A stretch of DNA of 64,000 nucleotides from Octopus vulgaris (taxonomy: Eukaryota): contig OX597820.1 of assembly GCA_951406725.2 (NCBI GenBank), forward strand, positions 15,314,001-15,378,000. The letters are read 5' to 3'. Both the position numbers and the translations under genes were made by a program. Positions 1 to 13,759 of this stretch are shown one piece after another (position 1 is the stretch's first letter; each line of letters starts with the position of its first letter). The notes under the pieces are model-generated. The model did no database searches. It saw only the letters and a list, made by a program, of their open reading frames with translations, and was not told where the DNA came from.

Positions 1-237
1 TTGGAAAGTATTGCTTGAAAGTAGCAGATTATGTAGTAAACTCTTTTAGAATGAGAGGAAGGTGTGATAGCCTTATGACTGTCTGACGTAATAGTACCAT
101 AATCAACAGTGACAATGATAAAGATATATTAGAGAAATAATTATAGTTTGGGCTTCTGCAAAGGTATTGGAAACAAAGGCTTTCTCTCATCATGTAAAAA
201 TCAAGAAGCATGTTTGAAGAATGTGATGCTGTGTAGC

Positions 238-590
238 AGAAAGTTTTTGTCATTTAAAGTAGATCAGCAGAAGCTGGAGCGAAACGGGCCAGGTATGATC
301 CTTTGGATGTGTAATTTAAGTATGCATAAAAGCCAGAGCAGAAATGAAGTGAGAGAAACAGCTGGCTGTGAAATGTAGTGAACAATGGATGCAGGAGAGA
401 TGGCCATGCTGGTATGGACATATAACATGAATGGACAACACATGATAGGTGCAAAGTGTTGTGTGCTGTCAGTGAAATGTATTAGTGAAAGAAGACCAAG
501 GTGGGATATGGGGACAGAAATGATGAGGTCAGATCTTAGAATGCAATGCCTTACAGACAAGGTAACAAATGATCAAGACACATAGCAAAT
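238..590 (+). mobile_element. Degraded RTE-type LINE C-terminal fragment
   Basis: KLERNGPGMILWMCNLSMH...EVRE resembles the post-RT region of RTE ORFs; contains stops and frameshifts. Confidence 0.55.
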
Positions 591-1012
591 TACTGTACAG
601 CAAATCCATCTAATCAAAGCCAAAAAAAGGGGAAAAAAGCTAAAAAGAAACTATTTAAATTGTTGATGATAATATATATTAAAATTATTTAAGTGTTTTT
701 TAAATATCTATTTTAAAACAATAATTAAATGAAGGGAATAAACAAAATTGAAAAATAACTTTTTTCTTTTTCTTTTCTGGAATCAGCAAATTAAAAAATT
801 CTTTCAAATTAAAAATAAATCAATTAATGAATATGTAGACTATATCTACATTTAGATTACAAACAAACAGATTAGTAAATTAAATGGATTAATGGCTGAC
901 GTGAAGAGCAGGCAGCAATATTAAAAAATAACAAGAGTTTGATTAAATAGGATAGTGAAAGGAGGATGAAGAGGAAGTGGAGGAGGATGAGGAGGAAGAC
1001 GTTATTTCTTAC

Positions 1013-1075
1013 GTTTTTTCTTAAGTCTATCTAAGGTACGCTCTCGTTCTAGAGGGCGGTTATTGCTGACGTCCC
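1013..1075 (-). CDS. PPFIBP: Small 63-nt exon, phase 1-1, probably liprin-beta
   Basis: Acceptor tttgttttgtttcAG, donor GTaaga. Open in the phase left by the previous exon: (G)DVSNNRPLERERTLDRLKKK. Locally GC/CpG-rich within AT-rich intron. Confidence 0.7.
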
Positions 1076-1764
1076 CTGAAACAAAACAAACAACAAACAA
1101 GTGAAATTCACTCTAAAACAAGAATAAACAGAATCGAGGGGGAAAAAAAAAAACACTTATAAGAGAAATAAAGTATAAATAAAGAGTTCTTATTCTGTTA
1201 AAAACAAGAATTTTTTTGAAAGTTACCAGTAATTTCCTTATATATAAATAATGAAAAATAGTATTTTTTTAAACATGACAAGATAAAAATTTGGCAGAGA
1301 AAAAAACCCCAGATAAGGTGTTTCAAGATTATCGTCATACAATGTTCACTAACATTTTGGAAAATATCACATAATATCTCCCACCATCCATCTCTCTTGC
1401 ACAGACAGAGTTATTATTACTATAATATGCCTGATGTAAGTATATGCATATAAAATGATATATAACACTTTTAAATAAACAGAAATGAAAAAAAAAAAAA
1501 ACAATACAATGACACTTATTGGTTAAAATTGTCAGTTGATGTCATATCAGTAGTATTTTTCGACAAAATATAGTTTTTCCATAACCAAAATATTAAATGT
1601 ATTATGCATATCACCATGAGGGAGCACATATGGTCATCCTATCAATAACATTGTTTCCATACAAAAAGAACGTTATAACCTGCTGCCATGTTTAGTTAAT
1701 TCCTGGAGGTGTTTTTAAAGTCACACCCATGAGGTGGGGGAGAGGCCCATGCATAAATGTAATG

Positions 1765-2085
1765 CATGTGGCTAAGTGATTAGGGTTTTCGGATCATCAT
1801 AAGGGCATGAGTTCAAGTCTTGGCAGCATGTTGTGTTCTTGAGAGCAAGACACTTTATTTCATGTCACTCCAGTCCACTCAGCTGGCAAAAATGAGTTGT
1901 CCCTGTATATGTAAGGGACAGCTTTGTCACATTCTGTGTAATGGTGAGTTTCCTTGAGAATTACAGGAAGGGTATGTGTGTCCTGCAAAATGATCAGACA
2001 CTTGTATGTTAATTTCACAAACAGAATGATCCATTGATCTGATCCACTGGAACCGTTGTCATCATGACTGACAGAGTGCCTGCAT
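1765..2085 (+). mobile_element. tRNA-derived SINE (family D)
   Basis: A/B-box-like head and agcaagacactttattt...ctccagtccactcagctgg body. Related copies at 24731-25037(+), 19505-19750(-), 3085-3310(-), 58673-58905(+). Confidence 0.7.
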
Positions 2086-2455
2086 AGGTTAAGAAATTCA
2101 TTTCACAACCAAATGATTTCAGTTCCTTTCCTATTGCCTGGTACTTTGAGCAAGTATCTTTGGGTCTCAGGAAGGCAAAGTGGTTGAGTTCCTTTTGTGT
2201 GTTGGGCTTCACGGAGGCAATGTCTGAGACCTTTGGCCATTATGTTGTGCTTGAGAAGAAGACCCACCAATCTGAGCAAAATTGCAGTTGCGGCAGATAC
2301 TGGTCTCACACAAATGGCACAATATATACTGACCAGCTATCTGATAAACAAATATTATTCAAAACCTGGCTTCTACATCACTTCCCCACTATTCTAGTGA
2401 ATCTATTATGATCCCTGGGTCTCATAAGGCCAGAGTTTACCCCTTTAGTATTTAA

Positions 2456-2665
2456 CCCTTTCGTTACCAACCCGGCTCTAGCTCTGAGTACAAATGTCTT
2501 GTTTTCATAAGTTTGGAATTAAAATCTTCCACCAAACCTTAGTCACAATTTATGTTCCTAACACTAGCTGAATGATAACTTAGTTATTTTACTAAATTCT
2601 TTGTTATATTTAAAGTAATTGAAAGAAACACAGAACATCTCAAAATAAATACAGAAACGAAAGGG
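2456..2665. mobile_element. piggyBac-type MITE nested in an older similar MITE (about 2437-3082)
   Basis: TTAA|CCCTTTCGTT...AACGAAAGGG|TTAA terminal inverted repeats with TTAA target duplication. The host family recurs at about 9915-10097 and 19270-19463. Confidence 0.75.
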
Positions 2666-4133
2666 TTAAACTGGTCATATTAGGCCCAAATATTCTACTT
2701 GTTTTATGTTAAATCTGGCCAGATCAAGCCCCTCATATCTTCTCTAAAATATCATTCTAAAAAATAAATGCATCATCAAAAATCTCAAAGCTACAAAATA
2801 ATGTATGATTAATTCACAACAATATGAATAAATTACGGAGATGTACTTGCATAGCAAGTGACCTGATCTGAGATCGTGTGCTGGAACGAAAACAGTTGCA
2901 GCATGGAAGGTGTTTAAGAAACACACAAAAACTGTTAGATTCACTTCAACATTTAAATTTAATTTGTCAAAATATTTTCGCTGCTTTGAGACCGTGACCT
3001 GTTCACTGACAAAATTCCATGCTGTGTCTGAATAAAAAAGCATTACATTCGAACAGAGTAATCTGAATGCCAAAGGGTATAAACCTGGTTTCCATGGTGT
3101 ATAAGTGACTGAGATTACAACACTCTCTCCTGAATGGGATTCTAGTCCATTGCAGGGGTAACTTCCCGGCTGTGGCTGGAAACCATTTCCAGCTGAGTGG
3201 ACTGGAGCAACATGAAATGAAGTGCTTTGCTTAAGAGCACATCGCAGTGCCTGGCCGGGGAATCAAAACCACAATCTTACATGAGTGCAGCATCGTAATC
3301 ACTAATCTGCACCCCACAATTCTCTCACTCTTTCACACACATGCACGCACACTTACTCTTCACTTTCTTCATTATATTTGCACTAGGATGAATGTGAAAA
3401 TGAATGTAACATGACTAGTCTAGTAAGAGCCATCATCTAAATAAACACACACATACACATTCTGTCTGTCTGTCTGCCTCTCTCTCTCTCTCCTTCCCTC
3501 TTTTGGTTCCTCCTCAGAAAACTCTATCATTATGAATCATCACCTGTCAATACTCTATGATATTTATAAATTGTGCGATATTTAAAAGCAGCCTTAATTT
3601 TACTGATTGGCTGCTGTTTTAAGCTTATCTTATCTGACTTTTAGTGATGTCTCCTATAAAATTTTAAATAGTATTGATTTATCACTAAATTATAAATAAT
3701 GTCTTTGCGTGAATATGTGAGTTATTTATGTCAGTGAATGTATGTGTACAAACACATATAGACACACATGACGATATTTCAACTTCACTCATCACAGATT
3801 TTAAAGAAAAATAAGTAGATTAGTAGTATTTCACTCGATTTTATTATATCATTTTTTAAATAAACGATTGAAGGAATCTTGTAATAAGTTGTGATAAATA
3901 ATGTCTTTGTCAATTTAATTCACTGAAGTCAAAACCTAAAAATAAAACTACTTTTCGATAGAAAATATATATATACATTAAAGCAAAAAGATATTATGAA
4001 TTGATATCAATTACAAATGACTTTGAATGTCTTCAGAAAAGTGTTTTAACTCTCTTAAGTTCAGTGTACCACTATAGTGGGCGACACAGAAATGAGTACC
4101 AGTTCAATTTTGGAATGTTACTTGTATTTGATC

Positions 4134-4530
4134 CACCACAAGGTCCTGTCCTTGTTGTGGTGTTGTGAATTGTGTGTCTCAATGACATTGGGAGCTATGC
4201 CAGCAGAGTGCAAGCTCTTAGTATGGCCACCCATGTTGGACAGGTCAGAGGATAGAGGCCAAAACATGGACCACCTCTTCCCAGAAGTAAAAATGGGTCA
4301 GTGTAGGGCCAATACCCCAATCTAGAAAAATGCTAAGTAACATAAGCATCATTGACAATTCAAAACTAACAAGATCTGGGAGAAGAAGGCCTTCACTCAA
4401 GAAAACATATGATGCAGTGCAGCAAAATCTCAAAGGAATCTGCCAGGAAAAGCAAAAAAGCAGAAATGACAGCTTCTAATTGAGGAGAGTGGAGAAAAGC
4501 AAAAGGCTTAAGTGAAATGAGACCTGCATT
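4134..4530 (+). mobile_element. RTE 5'UTR-like fragment, probably an internally deleted RTE derivative
   Basis: ctcaatgac...gggagctatgcc...ggccacccatgttggacaggtcagagg resembles RTE/BovB-type 5' ends as recalled; unverified. Confidence 0.4.
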
Positions 4531-4669
4531 AAATAAATATAGATATACTTAGTATCGAAATGTGCCCCTCACCTTCATACTGTTTCTAAATTAAGAGCCA
4601 CTTGGTGGATCCACAAAAATTTTCTTGGCCATTAGTGTTAAATGATGAATTTCTTTATGAAGACAAAAG

Positions 4670-4885
4670 AATCTTTTCTACTCAAGGCACACAACCTAAA
4701 ATTTTTGAGGACGGAGCCAGTTGATTAGATCGACCCCAGTATACAACTGGTACTTAATATCGACCCCCTGAAAGGATGAAAGGCAAAGTTGACCTCAGCA
4801 GAATTTGAACTCAGAATGTAAAGATAGATGAAATACTGCTAAGCGTTTCACCCAACATGCTAACATTTCTGCCAGCTCACCGCCT
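4670..4885 (-). mobile_element. tRNA-derived SINE (family B, gcctttcatcctttcggggtcgataaa core)
   Basis: Conserved core resembling the MetaSINE-type central domain (recalled). Other copies at 12470-12680(+), 23070-23270(-), 46140-46850(-, several), 55365-55535(-), 59730-59945(+). Confidence 0.75.
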
Positions 4886-7030
4886 TATGAAGACAAAAAA
4901 AACCCAGATTGAATGAGCTGTAACTGTTTATTTTTTACTTGTTTCAGTCATTGGACTGCAGCCATGCAGGGGCACCACCTTGATAGATTTAGTCAAACAA
5001 ATCCACACCAGTGCTTATTTTTTTATGTCTGGTACTTCTATAGTCTGTTGCTGAACTAACTTATGAGGATGTAAACAAACCAACACCAGTTGACAAGTGA
5101 TAGTGGTTTATGGCAGATAAGCATACACACATGTAAAATGTTTCTATCAGCTTGATAAATGGCAAAATAAATTTAATATTTTGACCAGGAAACCCTGGAT
5201 AGCTCTATTTCACAAGGTTTTTTGTGGTTTTTAATTATAATTTTTTTCTACTATAGGTACAAGGCCTGAGATCTAAGGAGAGGGGTTTAGGTTTAGTCGA
5301 TTGCATTGACCTGGTACTTATTTCATCAATTCCAAAAAGATGAAAGGCAAACCTTCGTGGAATTTGAACTCAAAATGTAAAGTTGAATGAAAAGCTACTA
5401 TACAATTAACCCAGCATGCTAAGAATTCTGCCAACTCACTGCCACACACACACACAAACACACACTTTTCATCTACCAAATTCATTCACAAGGTAGTAGT
5501 TGACTTGGGGTGATAGCAGAAGAAACTTGCTCAAGATACCACACAGTGAGATTGAAGCTAAAACCATGTGATTACAAAGTGAGCTTCCTAACTATACAGC
5601 CATGCTTTTTCTTTCTTTTTCTATTTTTTTTTAAACATCATCCCAGGGAGTTATAAATTGGAACTATTCAGGCTGGATACTTAACTTCAGTCAAGCATTA
5701 TTTCAACAACAGGAAATATATTTTATAGACAGCAGAGACAGAAAAGAGCAACAACTAACCGTCCTTGCGCTTGTCAATGCATATGACGATGCTTATAATG
5801 GTTACTGCACTTATAATGTTAGTGCACATATACATTTTATGCTTGCCTTAGACAATAATTCATTCATAATGCATAATTTAAATATTGCAAATTAAAAGCC
5901 TTTATGTCCTCATTAATTTTTAATATGTAAGTTTTAGATTTTATATTCAAATTTCAGATTCAAATTTTGAGATTTAAAATAAATAACAGAATAGATAAAC
6001 CAAATAATTCTACACACCTGCATTGATGGATAACATTTAAGAAGTAAATATATATTTATATGTACAAAACTTGGGTGTGATCTATCTACAGATTAAAGTT
6101 TTTAGTTTTATGCACCTGACATAAGATAAATTCATAAAAAAAAATATGCAATGAAACTAACATAATCTGCAAAAGGATAAAACACCAAGAAATCTAAAAT
6201 GCTTTGAAGTAAGAAAATCCAGACACACTTCAACAATCAGATATTATTATCAGGTATATAATCTAGAGTGTGGAGGCAAACTGGCTGGATGGATAAGGTA
6301 TTGGGCTATCAGCTCTTGTGCTCAAAAATCATATCTACTGCAGGTATTTTTGACATGTTTCCAGGTAAATTGCTTAATGCTACATCTTCATAGGTACACT
6401 ATGAGGAATAGTTACAAACCTGAGAATATTGTAATAGTCTATCCATTCTTATCCTCTCTTAGCTCTATGAAACCTGGAGCTAAAAACTATTTACACACAC
6501 ACACAGGAGATTGGAAAAATTTTTGTTATTATTTATTCATCATTACACATGTTTCATTTGCTAATAGGAATTACGAAATTGTACATGTTTTCTACTACAT
6601 GTACAATTTTACTCATTTCAGTCATTGGATTGCGGCCATGCTGGGGCACTACCTTGAAGGGGTTTCAGTTAAATGAATCAACCCCAGCACTTTTAAAAAA
6701 AAAAAACTTTCATACTTATTCTATTGGTCTCTTTTGCTGAATCACTAAGTTACAGGGATATACACAAACCAACGTTGGTTGTCAAGTGGCAGTGACACAC
6801 ACATACACAAAAAGGCTACTTTCAGTTTTGGTCAACCAAATCCCTTCACAAGGTTTTGATTGGCCAATGGCTATAGTAGAAGACACTTGCCCAAGGTTCC
6901 ATGCAGTGAGGCTGAACCTGGACCCATGTGGTTGGGAAACAAGCTTCTTACCAGAAAGCCACACCTGAGCTTGTTATAACCTCTCACATAAACCATCTAA
7001 AGAGTTAAAGTGTTCTTTAACGATAAAAAC

Positions 7031-7325
7031 GTTGCCCTTTTCAAGCCTAATCAGGCTCATAGGCCCGGTTTCTGTGGTGTATGTGTTTCCCCCAGCTGGA
7101 TGGGACGCCAGTCCATCGCAGCATTACCCAAGAAACAGGAAGAGAGAGTGAGAGAAAGTTGTGGAGAAAGAGTAGAACGGGTTGCCACCACCCCCTGCCG
7201 GAGCTTCATGGAGCTTTTAGGTGCTTTCGCTCAATAAACACATACAACGCCCAGTCTGGGAATCAAAACTGTGATCCTCCGACTGCGAGTCAGCTGCCCT
7301 AACCACTGGGAAATTGCGCCTCCAC
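7031..7325 (-). mobile_element. tRNA-derived SINE (family C)
   Basis: Reverse complement of the 14784-15087 copy; head ggaggcgcaat..cccagtggttagggcag. Confidence 0.8.
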
Positions 7326-7451
7326 AAATAAATGTGCCCTTTTAAATAATGGTCTCTTCTGCTAGTGCACATATACGTACATAAGAGAGGTAGTTGTGAT
7401 TTAAGGTAGATTTAGTTGCTGTTTGAAATAAGTTGAGGTACCACATAGAGG

Positions 7452-7483
<32 letters not shown>

Positions 7484-10400
7484 TACATACACAGATCTGA
7501 GACAGAACATTGCAGCTAAAGAAGATTCAGCTGCCATTCGTAACAAGTCTAGCTACATGATAACAGTCTTGCTTGTTGGTTCACACATAAATACACACAC
7601 AAGCCAGTAGGTTGATGTCTGGAGAAAAGTTGGTTGCCTGTTGATCGGTACACTAAGTGCAGTTCAGGCATTACATTATTAATTAAAAGGAGACTTCTGT
7701 TAGTATGACGCCATTTTTAAGATCTTCAGAGCATAGACATGCATCATTTATTGTTGCTATTTATGTAATTTCATATTTAAGGGGTTCAATAATTGGAACC
7801 AGAGTTGCTAATCCAGGTTGTATCTTTTACCGGTTTCAGTCATTGGACTGTGGCCATACCGGGGCATTGCCTTGAAGTGTTTTCTTAAATAAATCAATCC
7901 CAGTACATACTTTCAAGTCTGGTATTTATTCTATTGGTCTCTTCAGCCAAACTGTTAAGTTTTAGGGAACATAAACAAACCAACAGCATTTATCAAGCAT
8001 TGGTGGCAGTGGGGGACAAACACAAACACATGAAGGGCTTCTACATAGTTTCCATCAGCCAAATTCACTTACAAGGCATTGGTTGCTATAGTAGAAGACA
8101 TTTCCCCAAGGTGCCATGCAGTGGAATTTAAGCCAAAACATTGTTGCAAAGCAAAGCTTCTTAACTCCACAGCCATGAAAATTTCTTTCAGTTTTACTGG
8201 TTTATTGTTTTGGATGTTTAACCTCATTCTGTCATGTTTGTATTATGTGCAGAAAATAAGATGGTTTTCAGTAAACAACTTTGAATACACTGAATAACAC
8301 TGATTGTGTAATGTTGACCTTACAATACATGCACTTCTGTTTTTTGTTTCATTTAAGAAAAGCGAGCTGTTTCAATGTTCTTTTACAGCAAATCATAATA
8401 ATCTAAATTAAATCCTTTTTCCCATATATTGTGTGCATACACAAAAGATTTCTTTTTACCAGTATTTTATTGCCCATAGTTAAGTCTACACATTAAACAT
8501 GAGTGCATATTACACTCAAATAAAAATATGGCAATTATTGCTGTTACAGTTGTCTGACCTTCTTTCTCAATATGTTTGAGAATTGTGAATTAAATGAAGC
8601 AAAAAAGAGCAAATTAATTTGATTATAAAATTTCTCAAGATGAAGCAGAGTGGATGCGTATTTTTAGATGATGAATTGACCTCTTAACATAGCATCAAAC
8701 AGTGAATTAAATAGACATATAAACTTCACTCTACTTTTTTTTAGTAAATCAAGATTAGCAGCTTGTCAATAAAGATAAATAAATTGAAACTTCACGTATG
8801 ATTGTAACTATGAGAAATGAATCGATCATTTTAGTTTCTTAGTATTTACAATAATATCAGAAATAAAAAGTAGTTACATATATATTTTTTTTTCATCAAA
8901 GTCTGTAAACCAAGTGAATCATGATAAAATAAATCTTATCAATGTTTCATGCTTGGGTTCACAATGGGTTGGCTTCAAAGTTTTCTTCTGATTCACCTAC
9001 ATAAAACTGCCATAGCTTTCTTCTAATGTTATCAGAAACTATTTCACTGTTATTATCTGTGGATTCCTACTATATCTACAAGCAATTTCCATTTATTTCA
9101 GATTCTCTCTCACTCCCTCACACATAAAATAAATAAAATTTCACATATAAGATCCTTTCAAAATTAGCCTGCCATGCTTATTTTAACTGTTGCCTCTTTA
9201 CTCCCTACATAGAATTCCCTATTGCACAAGTCACTGAACATTTTAAAGATAAAGTCATGTTTGGTATAATAACAAAAAGGGTGAAACAGTTTCCCTAAAG
9301 TAATAGCTAAGTGAATCAACTGGAGCACAAGGCTGAGTTTCCTGGTATCCCTGGACACATAGGGTTTGTGTTTGCAATTTGGATGTAGATGAATAAAAGC
9401 TGGATTTGATTGAAAAACCAAGGACTGAATGTAGCAAAACTTCATATTCAGTCACACATTTTCTGTTAAAAGTATTAACAGAACATTTCACTGCCAAAAT
9501 TTGTATGTGTCATGGTAATGCCATAAATCCACCAGTGTCTGGGTATATTCTGCAACAAACATATATTATTAACAAGGACTCGATTTACCTGTGTGATAAT
9601 TGTTTTTAACATAAACACACGGCCATATATTCAATGGAAGAGAATCAGTGGATCAAATAAATTTCAGTTGTTGACTGGTCCTTTATTTTATCAATCCTTT
9701 GAAAGATGACTAAGTTGACCTTGGAGAAATTTCAACTCTGAATACACAAATGTACAGAGCCAAGTAATGCAAGGCATTTTGCCCAATGTTCTAACTATTC
9801 TTCCAGTTCACCATCCTAATTCATCCTTGTGTTAAAACTATAGAGACCATTCACAGATGATGATGATAGTATTTGTGAAGTAAGATGATACAACTGGTGA
9901 CATCTTTAAAAGATTACCTCTTTAGCGTTCAGATCTTTCTGTCGCATGTACCACTTATTCATTCATGTTGTTCTGAATTAATCATACATTATCTTGTAGC
10001 TTTGAGATTTCAATGATGTGATTGTTTAGTTTTAAAATGACATTGTAGGGTAGGTTTGAGATGCAGGATCTGGCCAGTTTAAATGTTAAAGGGTTAAAAC
10101 GTTTTATGTAGTGACAGATCAAGAAATTAAAAAAATTTTCTTTTTCTTTTCTTTGTGAAAAGGAGATATGCAGATAATACTTCTCATTACCTGGTTCTGT
10201 TATTACCTACTGTAAAAGAATCTGGGCAAATGGTACAACATAACAAATGATACAACAGATAGACAATCATTAACATGACAAAGTTGGCAGGGAAGCTTTA
10301 TAAGGCCTGATGCCAAAAATTTAAACTCTATCCTGGACTGCAGTTTCTGTTTATGTCTTGTAAAGTTGTACTTGGAGGTGGAGGCAAAAAACAATGCAAC

Positions 10401-13130
10401 ATTTGCATTTGAGAAATGGCTTAGTTTTTATTATGACAAGAATTGTGCACAAGGGTGTAAGAACAGTATTATTCAAATAAATATTTGGATATGTTTATCT
10501 AGAATAACTTTTCGTAGAATTAATATATTCACATAGAATCACTCCATACTACTCCCAATGTAGTTATGATATTTAACTAACACAGTAACCAACACAGATG
10601 ATCAATGCTGTCAACTACTTGATAGTTCACAGTTTCTTCATTTTATTGAAATGCATTAGTCCACTTTCAGTCATGTGGGGGTGGTCAGGATCCTGCCACA
10701 GCCGTTTTCAAAACATTTTGACCCAAACGTACTTGGAAAATAGATGTCAAATTGAGCTACCTCAAACATTCATCTTCAAAGAATAGAAAGTGATGAAGGT
10801 AAGTATGAAAGCCGAGGGATTCAAAGGACATGTTTAATACAACAGTATTGTTTGTTTTTTTTTGCAATCATAAGCTGGTAAAATGCAAACCCTAAAGAAA
10901 CAGGCAGAGAAAAAATATGATGCACACAGACAACATAGTTAAATAATGGTCATCAAAAATTTGGTGAACTGAATTTCAGACCAGCTCACCTGATCATTAT
11001 CAAAAAAGGAAAGGTTGGTTGCAATGGTTACATTAGCTATTACAATATTAAACTTGATGTACAATGGATTGGGATGATTAGGTCATACATATAACTATGG
11101 GCCCCGTCATCACTAGCTCTGTCAAAGCTTTTTTAGTGAGATGCCCCACCCTAGTAGAATACGAGGAAGACTGGAGCCTATGAGGAAGTCTCTACATATG
11201 TTTAACTAAAAATAACAGCTAAAACTGACAGGATAATGTGAAAGAGTTTCAAAACTTTTCAGAGAAACATATAAATGATAGAGACATTTATTTGATGGCT
11301 CTATATAAGAGTCATTAAGGTAAATGATACTGTATTATTTGGGTTTTACCTGCTAAAAAGATATTTTTACTTGTAAAAAGCCTTTTTTTTAAAAAATTTT
11401 CAATTAGTGAACCTAGTTAACTAAAAAGACTATTTCCACCTTAGATTTTTTTAAACTGTTCCTAAAGTAACACATGCCTACTGTTGATAGTTAAGCTAAA
11501 GGTGTAACATAACTATAAAAACTGGTTAAAAAGTTTCAAATTTCTTCTTTAAAATATAGGCATAAACTTGAGAGAAAGCCAAAAATAACAGGTTCTGAGC
11601 AGGAGACTTCTTTGATTTATTTCACAGCTGCTTTTGATACACTACTTTCCAGCCATCTGATTATAAAAGCTATATTTACCGGCCAATATTCTATGTACAC
11701 CTTAATCTGTTAAGGTACCATATATCTATATCATATGTGTTTGTGAGTGTGTAAGAGTGAGTATATATGTATGTAAATATGTACCAAAAAACAAGGTGAA
11801 AAACCTATTTAATATTGTACATTTATCAAGTTTGAGATTTATAAAATTTTTTTTATGTCAGTACAGAAAAGGAAAAGTTACAGAACAAATAAACAAAAAT
11901 CTTCAGTGATCTATCAGAAATAAGTAATATTATTTATCAGATAAATTAAACAGTATACATCCTATTAATGAGAATATAAGCAACAAATATCATTATCAAT
12001 GATGAGATAGATCCATATTAATAATTAGTAAAGTAGGATCATTGAAGGACAAACAGAATTAAATTTCTTTGAATTTTTGGATAATAAGCTCATCTTTAAG
12101 AAATTAAGAAAAAACAAAAAACATCTACCATACATTTCAAATGTTATCAGGTGTCTTATTCCAGTGTGTGTATGTGCGTGTGCATGCGCACGTGCGTGAG
12201 CATGTGTGTGTGTGTGTGTGTGGTACTAAACAAAATTTGAATAGTAAACTTTATCTAAGTTTAGAAATGAAATTTGAATCCACCCTGGTTATTTGCATAT
12301 ATCCGAAAGAATAAAACACCTGATGAGAACTGGTGATTAAACTGATTAAAGTGTAATGTGGATTTAAGTATTAAGAAGTTTTCATTTCCAAAGTTGGAGT
12401 TAATAGCGTGAAAGATTATAATCTTACCAACAGCATCTAATCTCTTATATCTAAACATTTAATATTCTAGGCATCGAGCTGGCAGAGTTGTTAGCACACC
12501 AAACCAGATGCTTAATGGCATTTCACCTGTCTTTATATTTTGAGTTCAAATTCCACTGAGGTTGACTTAGCCTTTCATTCTTTTGGGGTCAATAAAATAA
12601 GTACCATTTGAGCACTGGGGGTCGATGTAATCAATTTGCACCCTCTCCCAAAATTACTGGTCGTGTGCCAAAATTTGAAACCAATATTTTAATTAAATAA
12701 TAATAATGGTTTTTAATTCTGGTACAAGGCCAGTAAGTCTCGGGCAGGGGACTAATTGAAAACGTCAACCCAAATACTCAACTGGTACTTATTTTATCAA
12801 CCTTGAAATGTAAAGCAAGAAACCTGTTCTGCTCTGGTCCTTTTCTTTCATAATTTTATCCATGTTTTGCTCCTCAGCACCAAGCAAGAAAGCTACCCAC
12901 TACCTCATCCAGGTGCTGGTGGAATAAAACGAAGCACCCTGTACATGCTGTAATGTGATAGCATTAGGAAGGGTGTCCAACCTTAAAAATCATGCCAAAA
13001 CAGACACGGGAGCACAAAGTAGTCCTTGGGCCTACTGGATCCCATCAAACTGTCTAACCCATGCCAGCATGGAATATGGACCTTAAATGATGGGATGATG
13101 ATTGGTACTTTTATATACATATATATATGT

Positions 13131-13427
13131 GGAGGCGCAATGGCCCAGTGGTTAGGGCACCGGACTCACGGTCGTAGGATTGCAGTTTCGATTCCCAGAC
13201 CGGGCATTGTGAGTATTTATTGAGTGAAAACAACTAAAGCTCTACGAGGCTCCAGCAGGGGGTGGTGGCAATCCCTGCTGTACTCTTTTGCCACAACTTT
13301 CTCTCTTTCTTCTGTTGGTCTGCTCGCTTAGCCTGCAGGATGGCGTCATTTGAAGGCTAAAACAATGTGAAGCGCATTGTGACCAGCGATGTGTAGCAAC
13401 ATCTGATAGCCTGGTCAGTCACGGTGA
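13131..13427 (+). mobile_element. tRNA-derived SINE (family C head, different 3' tail)
   Basis: A box tggcccagtgg and B box gtttcgattcc. Shares its 5' half with 14784-15087. Confidence 0.75.
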
Positions 13428-13650
13428 TATATATATATAAATAAATATATATATATATACATGACTTTTTGGTGATCACAATATTGTTTTAAATTTTTTC
13501 CCCTGATGAATATTAAAATAATTATTAAAAAAAAAAAAGAAAAAAGAAGTCTTTTTTTCCTTAAAACTGCTAAGATGAAGAACAAGTGAATGGAATATTT
13601 TGAATTACTCAGATTTATACAAGTAAAATAATTGTCAGTTCTTTTCTTAC

Positions 13651-13759
13651 CTGCACTGTCTGTTGATAAAATGGTACCATTTTTTGTGAGTCTCTGTTTA
13701 AGTTCATGAAGTTCAGCGTCTCTTAATAATAGTTTCTTTTCCAATTCAGTAATACGTTT
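13651..13759 (-). CDS. PPFIBP: Liprin-beta coding exon, 109 nt, phase 0-1
   Basis: Acceptor ttttgtttcttacAG, donor GTaaga. Translates to KRITELEKKLLLRDAELHELKQRLTKNGTILSTDSA(G), coiled-coil-like and in frame with the 18240-18109 exon. Confidence 0.85.

Noticed and set aside
13131-13205. tRNA gene (also other A/B-box hits)
   Set aside because: These are tRNA-derived SINE heads that continue into the SINE body.
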